DNA of 61,331 nt from positions 1 through 61,331 of the forward strand of contig QPGO01000311.1 of the NCBI GenBank assembly GCA_008632985.1, written 5' to 3'. This stretch comes from Psammoneis japonica (Eukaryota). The notes under the pieces were generated by a model. The model saw only the letters and a list, made by a program, of their open reading frames with translations, was not told the DNA's origin and searched no databases. Made by a program: the position numbers and the translations under genes. Below are positions 35,060 through 47,185 of this stretch, piece after piece. The stretch's first letter is position 1, and the number at the start of each line of letters is the position of its first letter.

Positions 35060-36300
35060 GACTGCTCTCACCGAAAATGACTTGTTCTTACATGGAGGTG
35101 ATGAGCTTGAGGTGAAATTGACAAATGATCAAGAACAACAAAAGCAGCTTGTGTTTCAATCCCGTCTGACACCCACAGCCTGCCGTCATTGCGCACCAGG
35201 CCAAAACCGGTTTGTCTGAGCTGTGCTCATCCATCTCTTGAACATTCATGTGTCCATGTCCAAAACAAGTCTTTTGATTCATCATTTTGGAACCACTCCC
35301 CCCACTCCTTCTTGCAATCGAACCCCTGCTGTCTGCAGCAGCTTTCTCAATGAACACACACACAGATTCTCAGTGTGACTTTAGAGGGAGCTTCTTGATT
35401 TTCTTCTAAGAGGGCACAAACATCAGCAAGGGATGCACCATCATTGAGCTCATGGAGTTTCTTTTCTGAGTTAGAGCCTCAAAAATTGTGGTCTGCTTTG
35501 ACGGCAATGGGCTCATCTGCGCTTGAGAGGTCCACATGCAAAAATCAGTGCAACGAGAAATCATCAAATGGGTTTGCTTTTTCAACTCCAGAAAACATGT
35601 TGGTTCTGCCTCACTGTGCCCTCAGCTAAATGGCAGAGCTGTGTTGTGACAAACTTGGTTGAGGCAGTCTCTTCTGCTGGTGGTTTGCTCTTTTGCTCCT
35701 GTGCTGCTGCCCCTTTTTCTGTCGGGTGCGCCTGCTCTTTCACTCTTTCAAGAGCTCAAACAATCTCTTTGAGAGTTTTGCAAGCCTGACAAGACAATTG
35801 CCTTCCTCAGCAGACACTGTGTCCTTCTCAAGATCTTCCAAACTTGTGGCAGCTGCAGCAAGCTGCTTCTCAATGCCCGCCCTCTCTGCTCTTTCTCTCC
35901 TGCCCCCCCCCCCCNNNNNNNNNNNNNNNNNNNNNNNNNNNNNNNNNNNNNNNNNNNNNNNNNNNNNNNNNNNNNNNNNNNNNNNNNNNNNNNNNNNNNN
36001 NNNNNNNNNNNNNNNNNNNNNNNNNNNNNNNNNNNNNNNNNNNNNNNNNNNNNNNNNNNNNNNNNNNNNNNNNNACCTCGTTCTCGCCCCGTGCCTCTCC
36101 TCGCTCAGCCGGAGTGGCTGCTGGTCCTCATGGTCCTCCATTTCCTTGTGAGGGACAGAGCTCTTCTCAACATTGAGTGGGTCTTTCTCAAGCACGCTAA
36201 TCTCCTTGTGAGGATCCTTGGTTTCCTCAAGAGCTGCTGCAATTCCGGGAGTGATCCTGCCTGCCTCAGCTCTCCATCTCGCTCGCTCGCTCGCTCACCA
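35060..36300. other. TpA-depleted domain 4 with assembly gap (35915-36074)
   Basis: Very few TA; degenerate coiled-coil-like ORF on the minus strand; N run after poly-C. Confidence 0.85.
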
Positions 36301-36512
36301 AATCCTCACAGCGTCTGTCGACCGACCGTCAGGCCGCACGAACTTGCCTTCGTTGCTTGATGGTAGTTGATGGTTGATGGGGCTGACCATGGCCGACCAT
36401 GGCGCATGCCGGTAGAACCGCAGCATCCGAACTGCCTGCACTTTCTCTCTACTCTGTGTGCCAGTAGTCTGGAATACCAACATCACCGGTCCCTTCTCAG
36501 AACGGCGCGAAA

Positions 36513-37232
36513 ATGGAGAAAGAAGAAAATGGCATCGAGACCAAGAGTTCGTTTCTGAAACAAAAGACGGCTGCGTTTGAGCAAGCTGCAGCTCATGCCA
36601 TGGACCCTGAAAGAATGGCAAGCAAGATATCATCCAAGAGTGACCGCAAAAAGTACGATTTTGCCACGGGCTTGCAACACGATTTGATCCATACTCGCGC
36701 TGCGCTTCGCGATTGCAGCGTTGAAAACAAGTGTACGTTTGGAGCGCTCTTTGCTCACACAGAGGGGCAGATTGCCAATCTGAACCGTGTTTTGCAGAAT
36801 TTGAAAGAGGCCGATGAGATTTCATTTGAGCCAGAGTGCTTCTTTGCGGGAATGCACAATGATGAAGTGATTCGATTGCTCGACAAGTTCTGGGGAGGAG
36901 AGTACAATGTGGACGAGAAGAATGTGTTTCGTGACCAGAACTCTGCTGATATCCTCCCTCCAAGGAGTGAGCGAAAGGGACGCAGCTACATTGTCGAAGA
37001 TTTATGCACCAGTGGAGTCCACAATTGTGCGGCGTGTGGAGGGAATGTGCGAGATCAAGATCGCATGACGGTTCGTGCTCAGGTCTACCATCTTAAATGC
37101 ATCACTTGTTCCGTTTGCGGGTCCGGCCTCCAGCATAAAGCTGACTACATAACTTTTGATGGACAAATTTGTTGCAGCTCCGACTGCATTCGTCGATACG
37201 ATGGGGCCCACGTGAAGCAGGCGCGAAGCTAA
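36513..37232 (+). CDS. Costars-domain plus LIM-domain protein
   Basis: CTFGALF...LNRVLQNLKEADEISFEPECFFAGMHNDEVIRLL resembles the Costars domain. CAAC-x16-HLKC-x2-CSVC...CSSDC has LIM zinc-ligand spacing. Confidence 0.75.
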   Translation: MEKEENGIETKSSFLKQKTAAFEQAAAHAMDPERMASKISSKSDRKKYDFATGLQHDLIHTRAALRDCSVENKCTFGALFAHTEGQIANLNRVLQNLKEADEISFEPECFFAGMHNDEVIRLLDKFWGGEYNVDEKNVFRDQNSADILPPRSERKGRSYIVEDLCTSGVHNCAACGGNVRDQDRMTVRAQVYHLKCITCSVCGSGLQHKADYITFDGQICCSSDCIRRYDGAHVKQARS

Positions 37233-38369
37233 CAAGTGTATCTCATTGCTTCCGAACTTTATCAACGCCCGAGAATTACTTTTGTAGCTCTCCTGGGACC
37301 CAAGCCCAGCGATCAAAATCCCTGCAGTCTCCTCCCATGACTTCTTTCATACTTGAGGCCTCGTTGTTGGCAGGGATGAAGCTCCCTACTTTGAGAGCTT
37401 CACATTATGGGTTCTTCCGGGTGTACGAGTATTTCCGCATCGGTTTGTCATGCTGGTCGCGTTTCCTTCACACTGGTACAAATTTCAGGGGTTTGTTGTG
37501 AAAGTAGTTTTTGAGTTGCTCCTATATTACGCCACGATGAGAAGACCTCTTTGCATCATGGATGTGATGTCACTCAAGAGACTTCTGGTCCTGTGTTGTC
37601 TATACTCTAAAAGCCGCGGAGATAATTACTGTATCCTTCCCGCCCCACTCATGTCGTAGGAAAAGCCGGGGCGCAAAACGCAGCGGTAAAGACTAACGGT
37701 TGCCTCGATAGAAAAGAGAGTGTTGCGGGAGTATAGTGAACAAATGCGAACGAAATTCATTTTAGACGACTACATTGAGTGGAACACTGCAACGTTGGAA
37801 AAAAATTCTTCCACCCGCCTACGCTCTAGAAAACGTTGATTCATCAGGGAAAAAGGTGCCCAGTGGACACGCGACAAAAACGTACAAGATGCAAGACTAC
37901 ACTACTCGGCTCTCCCAAGCTCTTGTATTTATGAGTCGGCGTGTCGATGGTCACTACAAGAGGAATCTAGGAAAGAAAAAGAGGGGATGGGCGGCGATTG
38001 ACTTGTTGACTGATTCCTACGGATGGAGTGATGAATATTGGCATGTTTGCGGCGGGACTTAAGGCGTGAGCTCCTTATGGAGAAGGAATATAAGCAAGGT
38101 TGGGAGACAGAGGCAAGGTGCTACGAATAGAAGCCAATATCTACTCTTAAGTGTCTACAACAAGAAGAAGTACAAGGTGACTGGAAGGGTATAATCCAAT
38201 CCGATGTACACACAGTTCTCGCTCGACTCATTCTTCGAGGAAGGCTCCTTCTCTGGTTTTTGCTTTTGGTGCAAGCTTTCTTGAGCGACGCAGAACTACA
38301 GTCGCGCGTGGAATGAATCGATGAACATACAAAGCACTCGGGACAAGCACATGGAATCCAATTCATCTC

Positions 38370-39187
38370 TTATAGGACAGTTTCCTCCTCGATTGATGGC
38401 TCGATGATTCCAAGATACTTCTTGTATCCCGCAATGCGCCTCGAGAGCGTTTCACACTGACGGTGTACTACATCTCCCGCCTCCATGGAAAGATCAATGG
38501 CTTGTTGCTCAATCACCTTGGGCCATTTGTGCCAATGGTCATTATCCACGAAGAGCAGTGCTTGCATGGCATCCATGGTTTCCTCTTGCGGAATCGCTGC
38601 TACAAACTTAATGCCACGACGGATTTGAATGGCGTGACGAGCCGAAGCCAAGGTGGCTTCACGTTGCTTGGCGTCTTGAGCCGCCGCGGCCTTGAGGCGG
38701 GAAACCTTGTCGCGTTTTCCCAAGAGCTCACTGTGTTGGAATTGAACCTAAGGTGACAAATGAAAAGGACGTCGTTAGCACATCGACACAATCAAAAGCA
38801 AGAATTGTAATTCGAAAAAAGTGTAGAGATGGAAGCTTCTCTCACGGCATCTCCACGTAGAAACAAGCGCTAATTCTACGCACGCACCTCCTGAGACAAC
38901 CGTTCCACACGGGCTTGCAGCTCTGCAATCTCGTTGGGATTGGATTGCTGCTGCAGCTTTTGTAGAGCTTGTTGAATCGAAAGTGCGTTCTTTTCCATTG
39001 CATCTCGTTCTTGTTGAATCAAGGACAGACGTTCCATGGCGAGTTGTTTTTTGCGGTGCTCTTCATCGCGGTTGCGACGGAGATTGGCCAAAATGCCGTG
39101 GAGCTTTTCGACAATGTCCTCCTTTTGCTGAGACGTTGTCTGCGCAGTGGTGAGAGGAGCCGAACAGAGAACGCTGCTTGTCTTCAT
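38370..39187 (-). CDS. Uncharacterised coiled-coil protein; exons 39187-38888 and 38747-38370
   Basis: The intron GTGCGT...CCTTAG joins ORFs 38876-39235 and 38370-38723 in frame; heptad-like E/Q/L/K-rich sequence. Confidence 0.7.
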
Positions 39188-39244
39188 GGTTGCTTGCTTG
39201 TTGCTTTTGATGTTGTGAGCAACATCCAACAACACGAAGCGCCA

Positions 39245-39457
39245 TGTTGGGGGACGTCTTCGGAAGTGAGACTGTCGAAGAAAGTTGCGTAGAATTTGTG
39301 CTAAAACAGTCTGTCAATCAGTGCGATTGGGTGTTTGGGACCTCTGGACAGATCACACGTGTTTTCTTGTGCGTGCAAATTGCACTGGAAAAAACCCCAA
39401 ATGCACTGGCGATCAGACCGCCTTTGACGATCTCACTTCCAAAGACGCCCCCCAATG
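39245..39457. mobile_element. MITE related to 6110-6322, in opposite orientation
   Basis: TIR TGTTGGGGGACGTCTTCGGAAGTGAGA / TCTCACTTCCAAAGACGCCCCCCAATG; the interior aligns with the reverse complement of 6110-6322. Confidence 0.8.
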
Positions 39458-39599
39458 TGCGAACGAACGTAGAAGTGTCGTACGTGGAATTGTGCAGAAC
39501 TTGTGCAACGTCAAAAATTCAAACTCCTGGTGTTAATTTCATGTAGAATTGCACGCAAAAAATCCAGCACGCACCCTCACGATTACGAAACAGCGCCAA

Positions 39600-42480
39600 C
39601 AACCGCGACATCACCATGAGAATCAGCAACAACAGCATCTCGTCCAACTCAATGGGTTTGAACAGTTCCCTTTGGGATCAGACGCTGTCTGCATGATGAC
39701 AGGTGCATCACAAATGAAAGCGTTCCTCCAGTGGCAACAACAAACAACTGCTTTGCAACAAGAGCAAGAAGGAGCTTGATGCCCCAGCATGGCAGAACGC
39801 AGAACCGCAGCATGCCTGTCAACAGCAAGCGCCATGCCACCCCAACAAATGACAGTGCTGTCACACACAACAGTGCAGTGGCCCCAAAATCTCACGCGGA
39901 TCATGTGCGACAGCAGCACACCACGCTGAGACTCTGCTGCTTTGCAGCCAAAATCCTGTCACACACAACAGCCAGCGTGCATTTGCCAGAAGTGGCTCGT
40001 CCCAAACAGCAACACGATCCCAAGAAGGCAAAATCTGCTCAACAAGAAATGCAGGCCAGTGCCGCAGAAACGTTGTCCATCAAAGAAAACTTCTCAAACA
40101 ATCCCGTCGCTGGCAGCAACGGCACGCCGGAAGCTTGCTCTGCACTTGTCAATGATTCAGATCTGGATGCAAACTCTCTTGAGAATCACCATGATGACAA
40201 CAGCAAGGAGTTGTTCTGGCACTTTTGAACTCGCAAAACAACAACAAAAACAGCAATGTCTCTGTCGCTGTTGAGCAAGGAGGACAAAGACATGAACCTG
40301 GCAGAGTTGCAACAAGAATTGAAGTCCATGCAGTCGGCTCTGCAAGCAAGTCAAGACGAGAATGCATCACCGCAAGCCAAAAATGCACATCTTGTTGAAA
40401 TGTTCCTGTCAATGTCACAAAAGGAAAACAAGGTTCTTCACGAGCAGTGTCCGTCATGGCAAGACCAGTCAAATCGACACAAGCAAGAATTTGCAAGAAT
40501 GGCTCCAGAGCATGGAATTTCCATGGCAGAAACAACACCAACCACTGTTGTGCAGTCAGCAACTGATGCTGAGCCACTCACCATTGCCGCTGCCAAGATT
40601 GCTCCATCACCATGGTTGCACTGCAAAACTCCTCAAAAAGCACTCCAGCCACCAGACAACAATGTTGCTGCAAGCAAAACAAAAGATGGCACTGCAAAAC
40701 ATCCCCTTGTCTCATCCTTCATTTCACCTGTCCTCTTTCAGCCTGTGTGTTGTGTCATTTTTACGAGGTTTTGCATGGGAATTCAGAAAAATTTTGGTGG
40801 GGCTAAAGTCCCGGTGGGGCCAAAGTGGCATCTTTTGGATGCTGATCACTGACCACATCCACCCTTCTCCAACACTGCCCAGCCTTTCATCCAGTGTGCT
40901 TCTGCACAAAAGTCATCGCAACTGGCCCACTGAGAATGGACAGGTTTTTGGGGTCAGTGACATTTTCAGTTGCACTTGACATTGGGCATTGGAGTCAATT
41001 GTTGTTGTTGTTGAGCACAAAGCAAAATGGCTTTGCAGCAAAAAGTCTTCCAATCATCATGCTCAGTCTTTTCTCCATTTTGTGGTGACTTTCGGCACCA
41101 CTTAATTTGTCACACAGCAGCATTGCAATGAGAACGGTTGATCTGCCCCACTTGCAACAAAAACAATGATGAAAGCCTTTTAAAAAGAATCTGTGTTTTT
41201 CTCAACCCACACCATGAGCTTTGATCACAAGTGCGAGCATTGGTGGTGCGAGTGCGACAAGGCAGAACAATCGGAGAATGACTCTTTCTCGTGTGCAAGT
41301 GTCGATGATGACAAAAACAGCACTCAAGACAGCACCGAGTGCACAAATTTGCATGATGATGCCAATGAGTCAGAAGGAGAGGTTGGCTCCCCTCCTTAAA
41401 AAATTCCAACAACAACAGTTGCCCTGACATGGAGATTGCCACTGGCTGCTTCAACTGATTTGGAGGATGCAACAGACATGATGAACACAGACAATGACCA
41501 TTTGTGCAGAATTTTCTCCAGCATTGCTGCTGCCAGCACCACCAGCAATGGCACTGCCACCGTCCACACGAAGGATGGTGAAGGTTCTCAAACCCAGAAC
41601 AGGGCTGCCGATGGTGCCTTTGCTTGTGCCCCATTGGAGACTTGTCTCGGGAAAAGCACTGCTGGCAGCATGACAACTTTGTTGCTGATCTCCTGGAAGT
41701 CTGTGGAACAAAGCCTTTCAAAACCTTTTGTGCTGAACACAGTCTTGTGAGTCCTTCATTTCAGCTCAATCCCCACACTTGTGTGGGAAAAGCAGCCTCC
41801 TGTGATTGTTTTGCAAAAGCCTGCAAGAAATTGCCTGACTTGGCCTTGCCACAAGTTGCACTCCATGGAACTGATGAAAAGCATTTGGCAGACATTTTTA
41901 ACAGGACGGATTGGACTGAAAGAAATGCAGGAGGCAAGCCTGTGGAAGAATGGGGGAATGCTTTTCTGCAGATCCAAGCATCTCAACTGCCCACAGCAGA
42001 AACACATGCTCCTGGAGTGGATGAAAAGATGTTGGTCCATTTGGTCATTCATCTACTTTCCTGTCCTGCTTCCAAAACAAAAGATCCCGCTGTCCCCAGC
42101 TGCCCACCACCACATCCATCATGACGCTGTGCCTGCAATGGAGCATCAGATGCCACTTGGAGTGTTGTCATGCCGCCGTGTCGAAGCAGATGCTTTGAGG
42201 TGTGCCAACAACATGCACGCCAAACTCAAGGATCTTACGGCAAAGATTCTTCACATCGAGCACAGCAGGCCAGATCTTTCATGACGAGCTGTTCTTGGCC
42301 TCGGACATGTGCAAAAAGAATCAACAATGTTTGAGCAAAGTTTCCAAGGCGGATGTTGCTGCATTTCTTGCAAACCAAAACTGTGACGCCGACGTTGTCT
42401 CTTTCTGCTTTCCCGGACTGCCCGAGCCTCTTTTGGCTGCCAACGAAAATCAGATTGTCAACGTTGATGCACTCGAGAAA
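39600..42480. other. TpA-depleted domain 5 (pseudogene relics)
   Basis: TA is nearly absent and returns gradually after ~42480. Confidence 0.9.
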
Positions 42481-42558
42481 GATTTGTACCAGAGCAAGCT
42501 GGAACTTGCGCAACAACACAGTCGCAACCATCCGACAACGACTGATCGAGATGGTTGA
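41120..42558 (+). pseudogene. PARP catalytic-domain-like gene relic
   Basis: PQVALHGTDEKHLADIF, then after a frameshift GLD*KKCRRQACGRMGECFSADPSISTAHS...KMLVHLVI. This matches the PARP signature HGT...GLD...QAYG.GEYF...S..YS once TG/CA are reverted to TA or CG. Confidence 0.75.
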
Positions 42559-43093
42559 CCAAGTTTTAGCAGCAGAGGTACAGAGGTGCTCGGATTTGGG
42601 GGTTCTCGACTACCATCAGCTTTTCAATCCCCTTGATCCTGACTACATGGTTTTTCGTTCAAACTTCTAGCTCTATCCGCTCGTTCCCCTCAAAATTATG
42701 ATCGATTGTTGTTGTTTCGGTGTTGATTACTACGGCAAGGTATTCTACCATATAGCAAGCTTCTGCGAGGCGTTCCCACGCTTTTTCATCGCGGGGCCTT
42801 TATGCTTCACAACGATGCAACCGTACGAGTGTCCATTGATGACCTAATATAACGATGGACCTATTGATACTGTTGACGAACTGTAGAGTTGTGTAGTTTT
42901 GGCGTGGAGCTGATGCATCATACTGTTCATGATGCTTCCTGGTACCGATTTGGTTGATTGCTCTGCAACACCTCCTGCAACTTCACTTTCCAACAGACCT
43001 AATCATATATATTTGTAGAAAGCCAAGCCACGGTATTAGATGTAATGAATACAGAGGCAGTAGTGCGGCAGTAGACATTCTTTGGACAGCGCG

Positions 43094-44134
43094 TCATTCC
43101 GTTTTAGGGACGGCTGCGGCGGCTTTTACAGACTGAACGTGCCACTTTTCATGCTGATGGATGATGAAGGGTGACACACATGCCCTCATTTCATCGAGTC
43201 CACCCTCAAACACCCATAGTTTGAGTAGGCGTTGCGATAGGAAGGGGACTCCGTACAGACAGTAGCGCTCCGTCCGCGGATCGGCACCGTCTAACCACAC
43301 CCCTTTCGGTGACGCCATTTCGACAAAGTTGAACCAAGAGCTATGCTTGTGTTCAAAGGATGAGTCATGGAAGGAGGGCGAAGACAGTACTTTTGTGCTC
43401 ATTTCCGAAACGTTACTCAGTGTCCAACCTACTGGTTCGACTACCGGTACCGAGAGCTTGAACAGATGAACGCGTTTCTTCTTGCCCGTAGAATACCCAG
43501 ATGCAATGATCGTAGTGGTTTGCCAGTCATCGTGAAGTGATACAGATGGATCATATCCGATCAGACCCTTCAGCTGCGAAATATACAGCCTAGCCACCAT
43601 CACCTTTCGCACGCCATGGGTCTCTACAATGTCATACAATTCCTTGGCATTAACCTTCAACTGCCCACTTGGAAAAATGTTGTTGGCTCTGAGGATTTTG
43701 TCGAGTCCCTCATCATCTAGTGCGAGCGCTCGATAGACAGTCATACGACCCAGGTATTTGGCAAAGTTCCGAAAGGCAATTTTTGCCGAAGCAATTTCAC
43801 CCACATCGGCAACTGTGTTGCACCAATCCAAAAACTTCCGCCATCGTGTTGCCACGCCTGGCCAGTTTAAGGCACCCAAAAGATTGCTTAGGCCCGCTTT
43901 CTCAAAAGAGTCTATCATGAGTGCTGCCTCTTCCCCACCATAGTCACGCGTGAGCGATTCCAGGCTGGTGGAGAGAGGTCGACGCTGGATCATCCATTCG
44001 ATCTCCTGATCGGATACCTCATTGTCATTTTCATTATCGGAGTCTGAGTTACTTCTTTCTTGGACCACTCTCACGCTCCTGGGAACCTGTAACTTGTCCT
44101 CATTCCGGCTGTGTCCAAACGATCTGTTTCCCAT
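43094..44134 (-). CDS. Uncharacterised protein with possible R-S-E ADP-ribosyltransferase-like motifs
   Basis: Intact ORF of normal composition (the ORF track extends it to 44266). TVYRALAL, PSVSLH, HLFKLSVP and TERY occur in the order expected for an ART fold. Confidence 0.5.
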   Translation of the reverse strand: MGNRSFGHSRNEDKLQVPRSVRVVQERSNSDSDNENDNEVSDQEIEWMIQRRPLSTSLESLTRDYGGEEAALMIDSFEKAGLSNLLGALNWPGVATRWRKFLDWCNTVADVGEIASAKIAFRNFAKYLGRMTVYRALALDDEGLDKILRANNIFPSGQLKVNAKELYDIVETHGVRKVMVARLYISQLKGLIGYDPSVSLHDDWQTTTIIASGYSTGKKKRVHLFKLSVPVVEPVGWTLSNVSEMSTKVLSSPSFHDSSFEHKHSSWFNFVEMASPKGVWLDGADPRTERYCLYGVPFLSQRLLKLWVFEGGLDEMRACVSPFIIHQHEKWHVQSVKAAAAVPKTE

Positions 44135-45316
44135 GATAGAGTTTAACGATGCTGTTGTTTCGAGACAGCATTGTAGGGATCTATGTATGTTGTGACGATT
44201 TCCAGATTTATGCGATTCCGTCGTCCACGACTTGAGCACGGCGGATCTGTTACGCGCATCGCGCATCGAACGTGACTGGCGCTCGTGGATATCTGAAAAC
44301 GCTCATTCTCGAGAACCCCCCCATCCATTTTCGAGAATGCCTCTCTTCCATTTTCGAAAATGTGGAGCTTGCGCTCCCGAGCAATCCGGTCCACACAAAG
44401 TTTGTGTCGAACACCATGAACAATGCATCGTCTCAATCACATGGTGCGTTGTTCGAACGTGATGCACTTCATCGCATCAAGTTGAAAGCGGCCAGGCGAG
44501 CCTGACACGAACAACTTCCAAGATGCTGACACCAGAACAACTCCATCACATCGAATGCCTCCTCTCTCATTGTGAGTCTGGCAGTGCTCAGCTGGACTCA
44601 ACATGAAAGAATGGAGATGCAAGCACCGTGAATGGAGCCAAACATCAAAAAAATGTTTCATGACAGATTGATGATGTGTCGGAAAGAAGCCAAGGTTCTC
44701 CCGCTTTGACATCATGTTGCAAGCTCATGAGACCAAAGGTTGACACCGCCATTTTGCTGGTGCAACATTCTCCCATTGACATCATCATTCTGCCAGCACA
44801 ACATTCTCCCATTTGTCAGAAAATCACTTGTTGGAGTGACAATCAGAAGTGCAAAAAAAATGGGTCATGGCGAGGCAACGCAGAACCTCAGTTCTGATCT
44901 CTTGTGTTGCGCCAGGCAACAGGCCAACACATTTCTCACAGCAATTTGGCAATTCAGGATCCACCCACAGAGATGAAGTGAACTGTGGTTGAAAAGTGCG
45001 TGTGATTTGAGACAAAATAAAAAAAATGGCATGGCTTCTTCGGCACCACATTTGCGTGTGCGTGGACGAGACACTCAGTCGGCATGTTGCTTGCTCGCAG
45101 TGCTTGTGTTTGTGCACAAACCAAAGTCTGCAAAGCGATCATGTGGCTGATGGTGTGTTCCAGCTTTTCCAATTGCTTTGTCCTGAGATGACTCTCCCTT
45201 TGCTCTTTTGTGACATTTCTTGATGAGTTCTTGGGAAAGCTTCCAGTCAATCTGATGCATGGGATGTTGTGGTTTGAACAAATTCAGAACCATGACAAAG
45301 CAACTGGAATGATTTC

Positions 45317-45730
45317 GGTCAATGTCATGCAATGACCAGGCAGCAGAGGTCATGTCTGATCCAAGCTCCAAAGCCAGGTTGAGCACACTGTCTTGGCAGT
45401 GAGGAACGTCAGCTCTGCATGGCAATGACACCTGCAACGGTGTGCTTGGAACACATTTCGGTCAATGTCATGCAATGGCCAGGCAGCAGATGTCATGTCT
45501 GACCCAAGCTCCAAAGCCAGCACAACCACATTGTCTTGGCAGTGAGGAATGTCAGCTCTGCAAGACAATGAAACCTGCAACAGCACTTGGAGCACATTTT
45601 GGTCAATGTCACGCGATGACCAGGCGGCAGCGGAGGTCATGTCTGACCCAAGCTCCAAAACACCAGGTTGACCACATTGTCTTGGCAGTGAGGTCAGCTC
45701 TGCAAGGCAATGAAACCTGCAATGGCACTC
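45317..45730. repeat. ~142-bp tandem repeat, three copies
   Basis: GGTCAATGTCA..CAGGCAGCAG..GTCATGTCTGA.CCAAGCTCCAAA..GTCTTGGCAGTGAGG starts at 45317, 45460 and 45601. Confidence 0.92.
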
Positions 45731-46897
45731 AGGACACAACATGACAGTGGACAACATGTGTTTGTCATTGCTGCATGGACAGCCAACCAATGTTGTCAAT
45801 CAGCTTTTCCTTGGAGGAATTGTTGTCGAAGCAGGTTGCATTCACCTCTTCAAAAAATTGAAGCAACATCAAACATGTTTTTTTCCTTGAAAGCCTTTTC
45901 CTTCAACAACACCTTTGACAAACACACTTTGTCAAGACATGTCTTGACAGAGCATGTGAAAGCATTGCAACTGGGCATTTCAGCTGGGGCACTGGCAGAA
46001 GACAAAGATGACTCTGCAAGCTCGCCAGAGCAATCTGACAAAGGGGCAGAGGTTGAGGCCCTGCTGCAAGACCTGAGACATGGAAGACCCAGTGCAGTGG
46101 GACACGGGACTGCAACTGTGGCAATTCCTGCAAGCATGGTTGCTTCATTCTTGAGATGACCGTGAGTGGTTGTGCACATGAGGAGATGGGGACACCATGA
46201 GGGGGCATTCTTCTCTGGGTGTCCTGGAGAAAGAAGCTCTGGTCTTGTGACCAACAGGGCCAGAGCTTCTGGAGTGCAGTCATTCCAAACAAGAACTTGT
46301 GCTGCCAGAAGACACCGGGCAATGTCATGACTGGGAACGTCCATGCTGATGAGACCCAGTGACTGATCTTGCTCTTGCTGACAACCAGACACAGACCAAC
46401 AACTGTGCCAACTCCGTCTGAGATGCCAAGAGCTGGAGCAAGATCAGTGCCTTGACCTAGACTGAGAACAAGAGGAAGAGCAAGACCGATGCCTTGACAT
46501 CAACCAAGGGCAACAGGGATGTGTGCAGCAGCAAGACTGTGACCAGGACCTTGACTGGGACCTTGACCTGGAATTCAAGCAAGAAGCATGTGACAAAGAA
46601 CGTGACCTGGGTGTGCTGCAACAAAGTTGTGAACAACCCCTGGTGAGACAACTGCCGGCAGAGGGAGCAGGAGAAGCTTCCCTGGAAGACATGCTCTTTG
46701 TTGGGCAGCCCTTGCCCCTCGAATGCTGCGTTTGCTTCTTGTTGAATGACGACACAGAAGGCAGGGCGTGCACAGGCACCCACTGCACTGGCGCTGGTGC
46801 TGAGAGCAGCGCACATTGCAAAAACGTCACAGGATGTGCAGGCTGCAAGGGCATGGACAGAGCACAACATTGTGCCTGCATCAATGGTGATGGAGTG

Positions 46898-47185
46898 ACA
46901 GGCTGCAATGACGTGGAAGGAGCACAATGATTTGGCTGCAACAATCACAACGGAGCACCAGGCTGCAACAAGGTGGAAGGAGCACAATGTTGTGACTGCA
47001 ATGACGTGGAAGGAGCACAATGATTTGGCTGCAACAATGTCAATGGAGAGGCAGGCTGCAATGATGTGGAAGGAGCACAATGATTTGGCTGCAACAACGG
47101 CGATGGAGCAGCAGGCTGCAACAAGGCAGAAGGAGCACAATGATTGAGCTGCAACAATGGCAACAGAGCGGCAGGCTGCAACAGC
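46898..47185. repeat. Short coding-type tandem repeat (GGCTGCAA..GGAAGGAGCACAATGATTTGGCTGCAACAA; units of ~33-57 bp)
   Basis: About five recurrences of GAAGGAGCACAATG; reads GCNDVEGAQ*FGCNN in the frame of ORF 46523-46930. Confidence 0.85.

Noticed and set aside
45317..47185. Tandem repeats as a CRISPR-like array
   Set aside because: The units are contiguous, degenerate repeats without unique spacers, there are no cas-like genes, and the context is eukaryotic.
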